Numbered from the whole stretch's first letter, positions 13,235-27,275 are shown. The stretch: DNA of 63,896 bases, filler included, from Hausera hauseri (GCA_046269625.1; 11 parts of 11 records of this genome joined end to end with filler, not necessarily neighbours in it); one strand, 5' to 3'. Made by a program: numbers and translations. The notes: generated by a model from the letters alone, not told the origin.

Positions 13235-15657
13235 CGACCTCTATATCTTTTCCTTTTTTAAAATAATCAACATATTTGTACAAACGCAGTAGCACAATTA
13301 GACACTGCGGCCATCTACAACGCCATCTCCATTTTTCTTCGCTCACCTGACTTTTACGTCACACACCTCGGCTCCACGGTACCTCTCGTTGGGACCCTGC
13401 AATTTTTTTCATCTTATATTTGCCTTCACATACACTTCCGCATCCGTGGTAGCATGGATTCATCACCCACTATTGATACCACGGACAAACCCACCCAACC
13501 ACCGATCTCCATCACTTACCTACCCAAACAAAGTGCTTCAAACACTACGACACAACACACTCCCTACTCATTCACCCTGCACTGAATACTTCCTCGACAG
13601 CCAAAATTCTACGCAAACATGGCTAAAACTGCATCAATTCTGTCTCCAATCACAAAACGTCGTCGACCCCTTATCCAAAGCCAACAGCCTGTTTTTTCAT
13701 TTAGCTGCTTCTATCAAAACCAAAATTACAAACATCATCGACGTCCTTCACCACACCGATCCATATGCTCAACTTTATAATGCCGTTCTTAAGCTCACTG
13801 AGCCGTCAATAGATTCTATCATTCAAAGGTTTTTCAATAACAACATCATGGGCCTTCAGAAGCTTTCTGAATTCTTGCTCACATCTTTGTTTCACCTCAA
13901 TACCCTTGGCGTAACATCTGAGCATAGTCCAGAACTTCTTCGCCGTTACTTTTTAAACGCATTGCCCATTCAAATAAGAGCTTTGCTCACTGTGGTCGAA
14001 GAATATACGGCACTGGAATAGTTAGCCAAACTGGCGAACAAAGCATATGAAGTGCTTCACTCACATACAGAACCAACTGTCTCTGCGGCATTAACAACAA
14101 ACCACCAACAACAAAATGCAATACTGCAGCAACAAATTGCGCAATTACGCACAGACAACGAAATTTTGCAAAAAAAAATTAATAACATAAACGAGAAATT
14201 AAATGAATTAATGCTTCCTCAACGAGGTTTTTCTAGGGCTGCTTCCCATAATGTATTTCATTAACGACATAGACGGTCGCCTTCGCCCGCGAGGTCGTCT
14301 ATTTGCTACTATCACAACAAATTTGGTAAAAATACTCAGAAATGCTGCATCGGTTGTAAATTTTACTCCCCCGATTTTAATACAAGCAACATCGTTTGCA
14401 TCTATCACGCAAAATTTGGAACAAAAGCACAAAAATGCCTACCTAGCTGTAACTACAATACGATTACCAGAATCAACACTATTAAACTTACACAAAATAG
14501 TAGGCCATAGTTACCAGCTACAAAAAACTGATTTCGCCGCTAGGACACACGGAAAGTTCTAGGAAAGGCAACAACCTACAAAAAGATAACCGACACATTT
14601 CTTTTGCTATATTCACGTTGGAAGCAGCAGTCGTCACTCCAACAAAGCAAAACATTAGTTTTCTCATAGACAGCGGCGCAGCAATATCTTTACTACCACC
14701 AACACAGTATATCCAAAACAATTTCACTTCAAAAAAGCAACTGATCACTGCGTCCGGTGAACTTTTACAAACTTTTAGTGTTACTAACTTGACTTTTACT
14801 CTTCCAAATTTCCCAAACACATTTACTTTGAAATTTACAGTAGCCAATGTACGCACACCTATATTGGGTTCAGGCTTTCTGTCTTGCTATAATTTACTTG
14901 TAGACTGCAAACGATGTTCTTTAAAAAGGGGAAACAATTTTAATCAAATTAGCAGCATTTCGGTGACCGCCTCAGCGATAGCTTCCAGCAAGTCAATACT
15001 TAAGAAAACAACTTCCAATTTGAATTATTTTTATATTCATTCATTGTATAGAAATTTTTATTACGGACACAAATACGATATAGCCAATTGCGTAACACCC
15101 ATTACTTATAGTACAGCTGCCAACATCATCTTCAACACAAACATCCTGCACCTAATACCACCTTGTTACAACATCTCGTCCTCAGCTCATACCTCAACTG
15201 CATCCAGTCACGATAAATCGACACCATCTGAAAACTTTTCATCGTTGCTCTCTGACTTACAGCAATATATTTCGTCTTCCTGCACACGTCTGTTGCAAAA
15301 GGATAAATCATTCGCACCACCTAAATTCACCTTCCATCACATAGTAACAGCACATCAAAGACAAATAAGTCGAAAGGTCCGCCCGCTATCGCCTCGCCGC
15401 AAACAGGCAGAGGAGGCTGAGTTTCTTGAACTGGAAAAATCAGAAATAATCAGAAGATCCAAGTCCCCGTGGTCTTCACCACTGCATGTGGTTCCAAAAA
15501 ACATGGTACCTTTCGCCCATGCGGTGATTACCACCAACTCAACATCATAACAACAATGGATATCTACCCTCTACCATTAATCAACGGTATCCTTCACAGG
15601 CTCCATGGTTCGACCATTTTCCTGCATTGATTTTCACAAAGCATACCACCAAATTCC
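13235..15657 (+). mobile_element. Ty3/Gypsy LTR retrotransposon, CsRN1-like, copy 1 (ORF0 end, gag, protease, RT start); truncated at contig end
   Basis: Gag from ATG 13454. Tandem C-x2-H-x9-C-x3-C knuckles at ~14300-14450. Protease FLIDSGA and PILGSGFL. RT start IIRRSKSPWSSPLHVVPK, then KAYHQIP. Confidence 0.92.
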
Positions 15658-18600
15658 NNNNNNNNNNNNNNNNNNNNNNNNNNNNNNNNNNNNNNNNNNN
15701 NTTAATTAATTAANNNNNNNNNNNNNNNNNNNNNNNNNNNNNNNNNNNNNNNNNNNNTTTGGTTCGAAATAAACGGTAATTGGAAAGGAAGAACTCTCGT
15801 TGGACTTAGAAAAAGTACCTATCAAAAATCACAGATTCCGTCGAGCTTTTTTAAGAATTTTACAGGCAGGTGGGAGAAAAACGACAATGCCCTATCTGAC
15901 GGATTCGGAAATAGATTGTTCTATGATCTATGACAATACATTGCCATTGCTGAGAAAGAACTGCGTGCATAGCAGATGATGTTGGGTTCAAGAAATGACG
16001 GTTTCTGCAATCCCTCTTCTGACACCAATGTTAATTTCTCTCTAACCAGATGCAGTATTTGAAGAAGTGCCAAAGCCTGTTGATGCATTACCAAATCCAA
16101 AGGTTATTGAAGTAGTCATCGTTGATTTCATTGGTAAAATGAGTTATTGCTATCGGCAGACGACGAGTATACATTACCAAATAAACCAGAAATATTTCCT
16201 GAAGTCATTTTTTGATTTGCGTAATTATTTTTAAATATCTCAGTCGGTTGTATCAAATTAGAAGAGGATTTGAATTTTCCAAAAATCAGTCATTAGAGTT
16301 TTTCTGACTCTCAAGTCAACCAGAAATGTATATATAGAAAGAATTAACCCAATAGAATAAATCACTGAATGGCGCTTATCAAATGTAAAGTTAAAATAAT
16401 ATCGTGAATCACGAACTATCAAATTGATTCATATTTATTTACAATTCAAAATTTCTGAAAACAAGAACCGAATATTTAAACAAAGGTCAATCGTCGTTAT
16501 TTAATTTTTTGTGGGTTAAAGTGAGCACCATAGTAATGTTAGAAATAATTATCAGAGAAACTCTCATTTCATCAGCTGCAGTCTCGTGTTTTGTTATTTG
16601 ATACAACAGAAAGAAAAAAACGAGTGTCGTGTTGATAACGTGAACATCATGTTCCTTTTCAATGACATTCTGTTCAATTTAGTATTGTTATTTGAAAGAT
16701 TAATTAACTTCCTTTTGTGCACTGTACATAATGAACTTTTATTTTTTCATGTTTGCGAGTGTTATGTTTCGGCGGATCCTTAAACAACTCCTGAAACTAA
16801 GAATAATTTCAAAAATTAATTGAAATCTAATTTGCGGTTAAGTATTGTCGTTCTGGATCAGCCGAATTGTGTCTACGCACGTTTCTAGTGCTGGTACTGA
16901 ATGCTTCGAATAATTACTGCCTATATAAATTAAGTCTAATTTACTCTTATTGTGGTCGAACCCTCCTAAAGGACGGTGGCAAAACTAGAAAATTTTATAC
17001 TAACAAAAACTTATTGCAAATAAAACGAATACCAATACGACGTACAGTGTGGGAATAGATGACGATTAAGAGTCTCAATGGCCTGGTTCTTACGGTAACG
17101 ATCTCGGTCGGAACTTGTTTTTCGCCTTCCACAAACTGTTACAACGATTTCGGATCCTTAGTCACGATTTTTCACTTCTTCGCTTTTTGACTTTTGTTTT
17201 AGCATTTATACCATTGCTAATATGTGAGTGTTTGTGAGGGAATAATTTGTATCAGGTTATTTTCCATTAATTCAGTTTATTTTAAATTTAACTAACATTT
17301 CCAATAATTACTTTTAGAAAACAATTGGTTTTTGTTTGCGAATATAAATTTAAATGATTTCCGCTAAGTCCAATCCTGATTATAGTACTTTCTGATATAT
17401 TTAATCTGATTTTTTATAAATTTCTACACACGAAATACATACGGGATATCGTTCTGGGATTATATGTACATTCTCACATCAACGTCCATTCCATAACACA
17501 GTTAACGATCCTTTTTATAACACGAGGTATGTAATTCGCATAAATACATAATTTGCATCTACCACGAGTTGAACACAATCCTATCACTAGTATCTGCGAT
17601 TTTTATTTGCACAAAGCTAGTTGCACTGTACGAAACCACCTACAATTTGGTCAAAATACATTTTGCTAATCTCGTTCTTGTCAATCTCCTGATCACTCTA
17701 CGAATAATTTTGGTCAGTTTAGTACGAGTTGGTTTACCGAAAGGGTAAATAATCCAGTGGGTACCATATGCTTTTCATTTTGTGTTCATTTAATTGTCAT
17801 AGTAATTTATCTTTTTTAATTTAATTTATCTTATTTTTCGGACAATAAAATAACATTAAAAATCACAATTAATTTGCATGATCTTAAACAATTGTGGACC
17901 GCTCTGTGAACCGCCATAACTGGTTAACGGAGCTTGATAAATAAGTGAAGTGTCTGTTAAAATATTCGCTGTTTTAAAATGAGCCCATATTGTATATTCT
18001 TTGGTTTCTTTGTCGGGTTCAAAGTAAATATTAAGAAAAACAAAGCTTGAAAACGTTCGACTATATTTTCAATGATATGGATTTTCTTGTCAAGATCTGC
18101 CAAATCTGTCGTCTGTGAACAAGTCCCATTTAAACGATATAATTTATTTAGAGTTTTAAAGATAATTGAATTCAGATTACGTTATACATATTCATCCTCC
18201 TCACAAGTAAAATAGGGTCAAAACGAAAAAATAAATTAATATTTTGTACCTCGACAGTAGTCTGGTTGGTTTATTTATGGGGTAAAACCAATGTAGTGCC
18301 GCGGTCGCGGGCACAACCCCACTGCTCGACAAATAGTCGGCGTGGAATGCCCCTAAACCGGCTTGAGTTCCGTTTGCATCCTTGCCTCTCGGTCTCGGTC
18401 TTCGGTGCTACATTAATCAGATTGTGCAGCAAAATATATCAAGAAGTTTCCTATTTTCCTTTTCAACCCATGATCAGGCCTAAATCATCCATTTCGGCTT
18501 TCAATAATTTACACATTAAAATCCGCAATTAGTATCATGTGTGAGTAGTGAGTCTGTGTAAATATGAATTTCTTCCTTTTTCAATATAAAACTAACGAGT

Positions 18601-20169
18601 GCCGTGGACTATGTTTAACAGATTCACCAAACATGTGTTTAAAAAATTGCCAAAATTATTCAGGACCAAATTGCCCAATCCCGATTTTCCGGAGCAGCTG
18701 AAACTCTCGAAATTGTCCAAATTATCCTTGACTAAAACATTCCGGGCCCTGTTTTTAACGATTTCACGATCAGCAAAGTCGAAAGCCGACATTTTTACAA
18801 AAATCAATTTTAAAAACCTTTCTATATTGAGCCAGTTCAGTTACTAACCTTTTATTCTCCTAATGTGGCCATCATCATTTTGTACAAAGGTGTCGGAATT
18901 TACAGTCAGACGCTGCGGTTTAACAAACTACATTCCCAATTTTTTCTGACACTTGATCACATGAATCCGACATTTGTTTTTGTCTATCATTTTCAATTTG
19001 CGCATCAATCAGTTGACATCGTAGCTTACCGAACTTGTCAAATTTATAGACGCAGCTCCTCGAAGTCAACATTGAAATAAATTTGGTCCGATCAACTCGA
19101 AAAGGAACATTTGACCAACATTTAAGTGAATCTTATTTGTGTTATTAGTAGTGGATTGAAAATTTATAATAAATTATTATTTATTTTGAATTTGCTTCAA
19201 TTTTGGAATTAAAATAATATTTAAAACTTTAAGTTGAAACGCGCGATAATAAGCCAAGTGATACTCCGGATTTTGATCCGCCGATATTGCCAAGCAAACT
19301 CCTCTTTACTTTATTCATTTGACACAAAAACAGAATTTCAATTGTCAAACTCAACTTTCTCGTTTTAGATTTAACGTTTCCCTACAACCGTCGAAATCTC
19401 CGGTACTATCTCAAAACTGCGCGAATTGGCAGAACGAGTCGTCCATCAACAAAGCAATTAACTATATACTTCCAAATCAAGCAAAATTCTACCTTTAACG
19501 TTTTGTCTGGTTGATGTAGTATCAATTTATTTTCTGATTTCATTTCACGTTGTCTGTACAAAATAATTTTGGTGTTTTCTTGGTCTTAATTATAATTTCT
19601 AATCCAATTTCTAATCCAACTACGACCAATTTCTATCGTAGTTGGTCGTTTTTTAGTTTTTTAAACTTCTCGTTGAAATGATAGCAATTTTTACCCAACG
19701 ATTGATGCAGGGCTCTGACTTGCGGAACCTTTTTAATCGTAGGACAAATTTGACAGATTATTTTGGTGCAGAAATTGTGTATTTCCGCTATTGGTTCAAC
19801 CATGTTGTGAAAACTCAATTATGATAAAAATAAAACCCCCTTGTCACTCGATGACTGTTGGTTTGGAGTACGGCGACTTCGAAGTCTAGAGGTGAGTTAC
19901 TGTCCCCAAAATGTCGAACTACATTTTGACTAGAAATTTGATCTTGTTAATTTTACAGGAAGATGAATTGTTGACAAGGAACTCATAACCAACATAAATT
20001 TGATGTCCCGAGTAGGCATCTTCGATTGCAGGATCCCGCGAATTTTTGAAATTTTGGCTGGCTAAAAATTAGATAATTTAGTTGGTTGTCAGTGAAGAAA
20101 TTAAACGAAGAGTTACTGAGTAAAAGTTTATTAAACTGACAGAAGACTTTAAACGACTTCAAGGACAAC

Positions 20170-20379
20170 AAACGCTTACATTCGAGCATTTAAATATAGG
20201 AAGAAATTGCGGTGAACCTTCTGAGTTTGACGATTTTATGCTTGTTTATGCGGCACAAGTATATGGGCTTGAATGGGATAAAAAAAATTAAACGCTTAGT
20301 AGTCCATTTAGAAGGAATTGTGATACAAGCTTAGTTGCAAATATAATTAAAAGACAGTATGACATGGGATAAATTTATG
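20170..20379 (+). pseudogene. Possible retrotransposon gag N-terminal remnant, cut by a Polinton terminus
   Basis: EFDDFMLVYAAQVYGLEWD..KRLVVHLEG resembles the gag F..A...W..K..L..L.G pattern; very short. Confidence 0.4.
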
Positions 20380-20620
20380 AGTAGTAGGATGTGAGCGTAC
20401 TGGCACAGCCCCCCCCCCCACCTAGGGAAGCAGAAAAGAAGTGGTTCGGTTATGAGTCATGGGATAGAAAAAATGATATTCACATGCACGATTGATAGGG
20501 TGGAGGTAGAAGACACACGAGCAGTTTATTGATACACACAATCACACGTACTGCATGGATTCGGAGTGGTTTAAAAAATTTGAATTTTTCGCCAAAAAAT
20601 TCTTTGTTTAAAATTTCGTG
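20380..20620 (+). repeat. Polinton terminal repeat, copy 1
   Basis: AGTAGTAGG..ATGAGTCATGGGATAGAAAAAA..ATAGGGTGGA..TTTGAATTTTTCGCCAAAAA, with matching blocks in two other contigs. Confidence 0.8.
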
Positions 20621-21212
20621 GTAAAAATTGTTGCTTTAATTTTGGCTTTCGTGTAATGTGATTGGTCGGTTTGTTTAAATTTTGTCAATGAACAAAGCAT
20701 TTTCTGATCTAATCGTGGTTTCACTATTCCCACCCCCATAGAAAAATGAGATGTATTTTCAGTGCTTATCGTTGTGGTAGCCACATTCACCCAATCGGTG
20801 CTTTGTATATATTAAGACAGTTGTTTAAATATTGCAATGTCAAGTTGATTGTCAATTTTAATTTGGTAAATAAATAGTTTTCGCTTTCAAAAGGACATTT
20901 TGTAACATCAATCAATTCGTGATTTTTGTTGGATATTTGGTTAATGTCCAATTATTATTATTATTGCAACCGGAATTCCTTACTGCAGCTTCTGCATTAA
21001 ATAAATTAATGGAATATACTACATAGTACATCGTGGTTTCATTATTCCCACCCCACTTTGTTTAAATTTCTATAAATACCGCTGTGTAAGTGTCACTTAT
21101 AACAGTGTTTCAACCAGATATCTTGGCATCATTCAAGGCTTTTTGTGTTGTAGAATATTTTAATACAGTTGAAAAGTTGTGTGTGCAATTGAAGAACATA
21201 CAAAAGAAAAGA

Positions 21213-21373
21213 ATGACGTCCAGGTTCATATGTTTGCTATGTAAAGAGAATAGCGTAGCTACGTATTCCTAATGTGTGGTCATCTGGTTGTATGTAACAA
21301 ATATTCTAACGTAACGCTATGTCCGGAGTGTAAAAGCACTATAACTGAAAGTGTACATATTTACAATGAATAA
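21213..21373 (+). pseudogene. IAP-type C3HC4 RING mini-ORF (~53 aa), one frameshift
   Basis: MTSRFICLLCKENSVAT / VFLMCGHLVVCNKYSNVTLCPECKSTITESVHIYNE* matches IAP-class RING (C..C..VF.PCGHLV.C..C..CP.C). TATAAATA near 21071; AATAAA overlaps the stop. Confidence 0.8.
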
Positions 21374-21429
21374 AAGTAAATCGCACGAAAAAGCTTTTAT
21401 TTTTATAACAAATATTTACAATCAAATAG

Positions 21430-24041
21430 AATAATGTCCGTATGAGACTTATTTTTCTGGATCCACTGGCGTTTGTCGTCGAACGAGTCCAACGCCTTTT
21501 TTCTCGATTGGATAGTCACGAGCTCGTGGTTTTTGGTTCAAATTCGGTCCTGATCCACCATGGTGCTACAACCGGTTTTGTATGCCCCTAGGTAGTTGCT
21601 AAACGGTAGGTCGGTCTGTTTGAGGTTGATCCCTCACTGGTTTGCTTTGAGTTTTCAGTGCATATAATTTCGGCCTTAGGAAAATTGCCTCTTGATATTC
21701 GACACAGCCTTATTCTCATCCTTAAATTTCCTATTACAGAAGCGAAACAAGTTGAGCACAGCGGAACACTTATCACATTTCGACGTGTCCAACTGTTTAT
21801 TAACTATCATTGCCGGCAAGAGCTGTGTTCGCAAGTTAAAACCATGGCATTAGATGAAAAAACTGTCCTTGTCACCGGCAATAATATTAAGTTCACAAAT
21901 CAACTGTTGCCTATAAATCTACAACTCGATATAATTCAGCTCATGCACCTGTAACTTGGATAGATCAAGTACGGCCTGACCGATGGATGAGGGTCTATCT
22001 AATGCAACCGTGTCTTTATCTAGAAGAACGGCAACCAGATCATCTGCTATAATAATAATTTCTTTAAACTGTGCCTTGCTGGCATAAGTAATAAGCTTTT
22101 TAGCATTATTACACAGTCTCAGGTTTGACATATTTAGCAAATTTTCAACTGTTTTGCCCTCTTTTCAGTGTGTAGATCGATATAATCCTTAAAAACGTAT
22201 TCCTGGTCAAACTCAACAGCCAGATGTACCCTTTCAACTGTAGGGCCTAGCTATGTACAACTGTAATAGCCGATAATAAACAACATAGTGGGACTTACGC
22301 TCCTGTGTAAGCAGTAATTTCTTAACTTTCGAGCCAGGAGGACATTTATTAATTGGGGCTAGAAGCAATTGGTCCAACTTATCATGTTTATCAGCCGGAA
22401 TGCTTAAATCCACCTCAAACACTAAGCCTCGTTTTTCCCTAACACAGTCAATAAAAGGCAAATGTTCAATTAAATTATTTAATTTGACCTCATCATATAT
22501 CCATACCAAATTCGCATGGCAGAGGTTGAGATAAAGTTCAACCGTACAAATTATTTATATCTATATACAAGACACTGGTGCTATCATCAATTACAAACCT
22601 ATGCTTGTTTACAAGTCATGCCACCGCGAATACCAGATTGAAAGAAATTGTATATCTCATGGTCCTGAATAAGTTCTATTCGACACGAACTGGTTTTCCG
22701 TGCAGTTGCCCAAGATACACTAGGAATAGAGACAAAATTAACTGCTTCTAAACTATCCTGCAACTTAATTTCCTTTCTAAACCGTTCGAAAATGAAGACA
22801 TCAAGTTTCATATACACTAACATGTAGTCCAAAAGCGAGCCGCAACTATATCTTGACCAAACGAGTTGTACTTCCTGATAATCGCTATCGCTAATACCAT
22901 CATCCATTTCGGTGGTAATGTAGAAATGGACTGCAAGTCTCTGAATGATTTTGCAGCAGTGTAAGGAAATATACCTTTTCCTTTAATAACGTCGGAAGGA
23001 AAAGCCGTTTCTGTCAATGGGTAGCTATCTAAGTTCAAGGCTAATGTTTTGAGCGAAGCAGGTAAAAACTGAAGTGTCTAGAAATCTAATAGTAACAGAC
23101 TTTTTAGCCGAACATCTTACTACTGCAAACAGTCATAAATTTTTCAGTCGTCTGTGGAATAACATTTAATTCCCAACTGCTGAATTTACTCAAAGCGTGT
23201 TTTAAGATATGGCGAAGATCATATCCACGCAAATTGTGAAACATAACTGGCAAGTTGAATCTAATCTGGCGTGATAAGTTACATTTATTGCAATCAGGGC
23301 ATAAGAATCTACCCGTCACATGGCAGTGATCTTGAACAAATTCAGAACCGGTTTCATGACAGGTAACATGTTGCATTTTTAAACCTATACCATTCAACAG
23401 AAGTTAAGGGAATCATTGGTTTTATGGCATTCACGTAGAAAGGGAAAACTAGAGTTTTTACTGTGTTCTAAACAAGCTAAAAATTCGACTATACAATTTT
23501 CACCGACAAACTATTCAATAACTGTTGATGAAAGTAGTAAAAGACCGGCTGCAGCAGGCAAATGAATATGTTTAACCTTATCGTCAGGACAAAGAACAGA
23601 TTCAAAGTCGGCATATACGACAAAAGGAGGACTAATAGATTTTGACCAGTCCTTAAATTCACAAAATTTATTTTCGGGCATTTTGTACAAAGTCATGCAT
23701 TTGGAAGACGTCATGCACATTGGTAAATGCTTAGCATAAGCCGTCTGAAGCCTAAAGCCGTGTAAGCATTTTTCACACCAATGTTTACACTGAATACGGA
23801 TTTTCTTACTGTTCATATTCAACGGTCGATTTAGATTGGGAACAGCAACATAATAAAAGTTATCATTATTTTCCAAATTCATCAAGTTAACTACAGAACC
23901 ATTCGGATTTTTGCTTCTATACAAAATATCAACGAATGGATTTTTTACTAAATCTACATCAAGGTCGGCATCATCCTCATCATGGAATAAGAAGACATTT
24001 ATTGAAAGCTGCGGATTCTGCCTCTCAAATTTAGCAATTAT
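21430..24041 (-). pseudogene. polB: Protein-primed family B DNA polymerase (Polinton-type), disrupted
   Basis: VVYADFES (ExoI), DHCHVTGRF, FHNLRGYD, KGIFPY, GIRGG, YIDINNLYG, GKTVEN, IGQAVLDLSK and C-terminal KKALDSFDDKR in the expected order. Confidence 0.92.
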
Positions 24042-24335
24042 NNNNNNNNNNNNNNNNNNNNNNNNNNNNNNNNNNNNNNNNNNNNTTAATTAATTAANNN
24101 NNNNNNNNNNNNNNNNNNNNNNNNNNNNNNNNNNNNNNNNNTTTACATTTAGGGACTAGCGAATTAATTGAAGCTTATAATTGTCCGACATTTAATTTGC
24201 AAAGCATCGAGTGTCCGTGTGACAGTCACCTAGCAAAAATACAGACAGAGAACATAAAATTCCTGTTCTCGCAACCATGGGTTTTCCCATATGCACTAAT
24301 GATGCGACATCATTTGTCCGGGAAATTTACTAAGG

Positions 24336-24639
24336 ATGAATGAATGAATGAAACTGAAAATTTTGTCAGATTAAAGAAACTGGCAGTATTGCCTTTTTAC
24401 ATTTTTGCCATAAGGGTAGATTTTTCTAGAATCTTGCCCGGACAACGGCCGTTAGGCATACTCTTTTTCAGATTTTCAACTGCCAAGGGACACGGACGTC
24501 CTATCTCACTACCCAGAGATCAGGGGAATTATTTACTAGACGATTCAGGAGAAAAAAATCCCACGTGCTTCCACCGGGATTTGAACGCTGTACCTCTAGC
24601 TCTCAAGGCGGACGTCTTACCTCAAGACCACTACGGATC
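24336..24639 (-). mobile_element. tRNA-derived SINE with (TTCA)n tail
   Basis: Minus-strand head GATCCGTAGTGGTCTTGAGGT..GTTCAAATCCCGGTGGAAGCA (A-box-like and B box), ~230-bp body, ending TTCATTCATTCATTCAT. Only one copy in the window. Confidence 0.65.
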
Positions 24640-25699
24640 ATGCCAGATGATAATGAAAACGAGCAGCATGGCGGACTTGTGTAAGACAAGGGTGTATTGC
24701 AGGAAATCTTGAAGTTTGCTTCATGACTCTTGATGTGCATCGATTAACAGCGTACACTGATATTGCTTCTTGCTGGCGGGTGCGCCTTGGTTGCTTTGTC
24801 TGTGATTATTCTGTCTCTTGGTATTGATCTTCTTGCACATTTGCTTTCTTCGCTGCTCATGCCTCCTGGTTTCTTACAGAGATCCAGCATTGAGAAAACG
24901 ATCTGAACGCCTTCGAATGATTCAGTGGATGATTTCTTGACGTCTTGTATTGACACACCGTCCAGGAGCTTCCCAATCTGTCAGCATCACTAAGTTGCCG
25001 CCTTTGCGGCAATGTTAAGCAGTCTAACCACTACAACTCTAACTGTCCTTCTTGACAACGACCAGTGACAAAAGTATGTATGGTTAAAATCAGTCATGTG
25101 CAAGACTTTTTCATCGTGGGATGCGTGTCCTTTTGATGGGAAAAACCTGCAAATCATTTACACATTCTCATGATTATTTTTGTGCGGTATAAGAGTTTAA
25201 TTTATCTACTACACCTGACACATTCTTCAGCATCATGTGGAGATCAGCTAACCAACCTCTTCCATAGTCTTTCATATGATTGCAATAGCCCTTTTCAGGG
25301 CTTATCCAGAAGAGCTGACGCTCGGTGATGTGGAGATCGAACAACAACGACCGCTGCCAATTTTGGAGCCTGCCGGACTCGTGTGAAAACATGTTTTGTT
25401 TTTAAACAATCCTTTCACCTTAGAATGTCTCGAATAATAACTGTCACATGCATTTCCTGTCCGTGATATGTAGCGAGATATCAACTTAAATGTTTGAATA
25501 ACTCTATTTTCTTTGCTTAATTATATTCATAGTTTCCATTATCATCTACTCTTGCCATTTTTCTGTTTGTTATTCCCATGCAGGATTCTCTTCTTACTCG
25601 GTAGATTTTTCCGAAGGTGTTTTATCTCTGTCGAACCTCTTCAGTTGCTGGTTTTCTTTGCTTGTCAGTTTCTATGAACTATCGTTTTACAAAAGGTAC

Positions 25700-27275
25700 A
25701 GTGTATCAAATACATAAGAGCATTAGTGCCAGACATAATTCAAATGACATCATTTTGAACAAAATGCTTAAAGAGATATTCACCGCAGACAATAATAAAC
25801 GCACCTGAAGCGGAGAATTAGTCAATCACGACGCTTCTAGAAAAGATGAAGTCATTAAAGCCATCAAAGGACTGACTGAAAGGCGGAAAATCCCTAGTGC
25901 ATGACAATATAAATGCGGAACTTTTCAAAGTAAAACCAGACCTAGAAGCAAATTTATCAGCATCTTTGTTCACACAAATATGGGAAACAGAAACAAATCT
26001 CTATGAATGGAATAGAGGAATAATTATTAAGATATTTAAGAAAGGAGACATCGTGGACTGCAGCAAATGGAAAGGAACCAGACTACTTAAATATTAAGGA
26101 AGATCATCATTAGCAGAATCTCACAAAATATTACAACAAGAACAGACAGGAGTAAAACACAACAAAATATACATAAACCATATATTAACGCTTAGAAGAA
26201 TAATAGAACAGTGTTCAAAATGACAGAGACAATTATGTCAGCTTTGTAGAATTCCAAGAGGCTTTTGACAACACACAGTTAGCCTTTGGAAAATAACCAG
26301 GGCTTGCGAAATCGAAAAGTTTGATGCTGATTTTAAATGCAGTTTAGGAAGGAACAACTTAACATTTGCAGTTAAATCAGTGCTCAGTCATGGAAGTACT
26401 CTGTCAGCCACTCTGTTTATGTTAATTATGAGGGATCATACACAAGATAGGAGAAAACAGCCAAAGTAAAATTAGATGGACAATGTTCTTCAAGATGGAT
26501 TACACGCCTATTAACATGTGCAGAAAAAAACACAAAAATCTTCAAAAATCTGGAATCTGGTCAGTAGATATTTCGGTCTAAAAATCAATGTCAAAAAGAT
26601 TTGATAAGTGACTCTGTGTGTGGAATATCCAAAATCAAGTTCTTTAGAAAGTCAGAATATTACACAGACATTCATGTTGGCATAATGATACCAGCCAGCG
26701 GAACAAGTACGAATATCAACAAAGCAAGAACAACCTTCGATGGGCTAAAGAACATTGGGAAATGATCCCACTACAACACACAAACTAAGATCAAAATATA
26801 TTAGAGCTGCGTGATATCAGTACTGCTAAATGGGAAAAAAGTGCTGGAAAACAAGTGAAATCATTCCATGCGGGTCGCCTAACAAACGTAGCAGAATATT
26901 CTGGAAACAGACCATTAGTAACCAGGAACATTTCGTCCGAAGAGAACAGGAAGATGTACATCTTTTATCATTTAGTGATACGAAAGCGTGATTGGAGATA
27001 GATTGGACATCCCTCAGGAACAGATCCGAGGATATTACAAGGACTGGGATGCCCTGGACACCAAAGGAAAAGAGAAAAAGAAGAAGACCGAAGACAACAT
27101 GTTGTAGAACAGTGGAAGCGAAACTGAATATCATGCAGCACAGCTGGAACACCATAGAGAGGCTGGTAGCAGATCGAAATAAATGGAGCGCATTGGTTGC
27201 TGCTCTTTGAGACACGACGAAATATTTAACTGGATAATGACGGCGTTCACCCAAAGACAGATGATGACGATGAGG
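25700..27275 (+). mobile_element. RTE-clade non-LTR retrotransposon, 3' part, heavily decayed
   Basis: DNINAELFK..LFTQIWE..WNRGIIIKIFKKGD..C.KWKG; C-terminal WTPKEKRKRRRPKTT..DRNKWSALVAAL; short GAT-type tail at ~27260. Confidence 0.85.

Larger units (their letters stand above)
20380..24041 (-). mobile_element. Polinton/Maverick element end (terminus + RING mini-gene + pPolB)
   Basis: Starts AGTAGTAGG, typical of Polinton ends. The terminal ~230 bp is homologous to 49610-49862 and 55900-56142. Protein-primed PolB is transcribed toward the terminus. Confidence 0.85.

Noticed and set aside
12148-13266. 372-aa ORF as one real protein
   Set aside because: Composite of an off-frame start, the UBR4-like middle and unrelated read-through.
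15758-20160. Genes or MULE-like remnants in the AT-rich stretch
   Set aside because: Only short interrupted frames (e.g. 15770-16230) with no motif I can support.
24440-24540. Hammerhead inside the SINE, as in schistosome SM-alpha
   Set aside because: CTGATCT rather than CTGANGA, and no properly placed GAAA stem.
24567-24639. Functional tRNA gene
   Set aside because: Imperfect cloverleaf continuing into a body and microsatellite tail; fits a SINE better.
24740-24960. Additional minus-strand RTE fragment
   Set aside because: Only faint resemblance to the RTE linker region; too weak to call.
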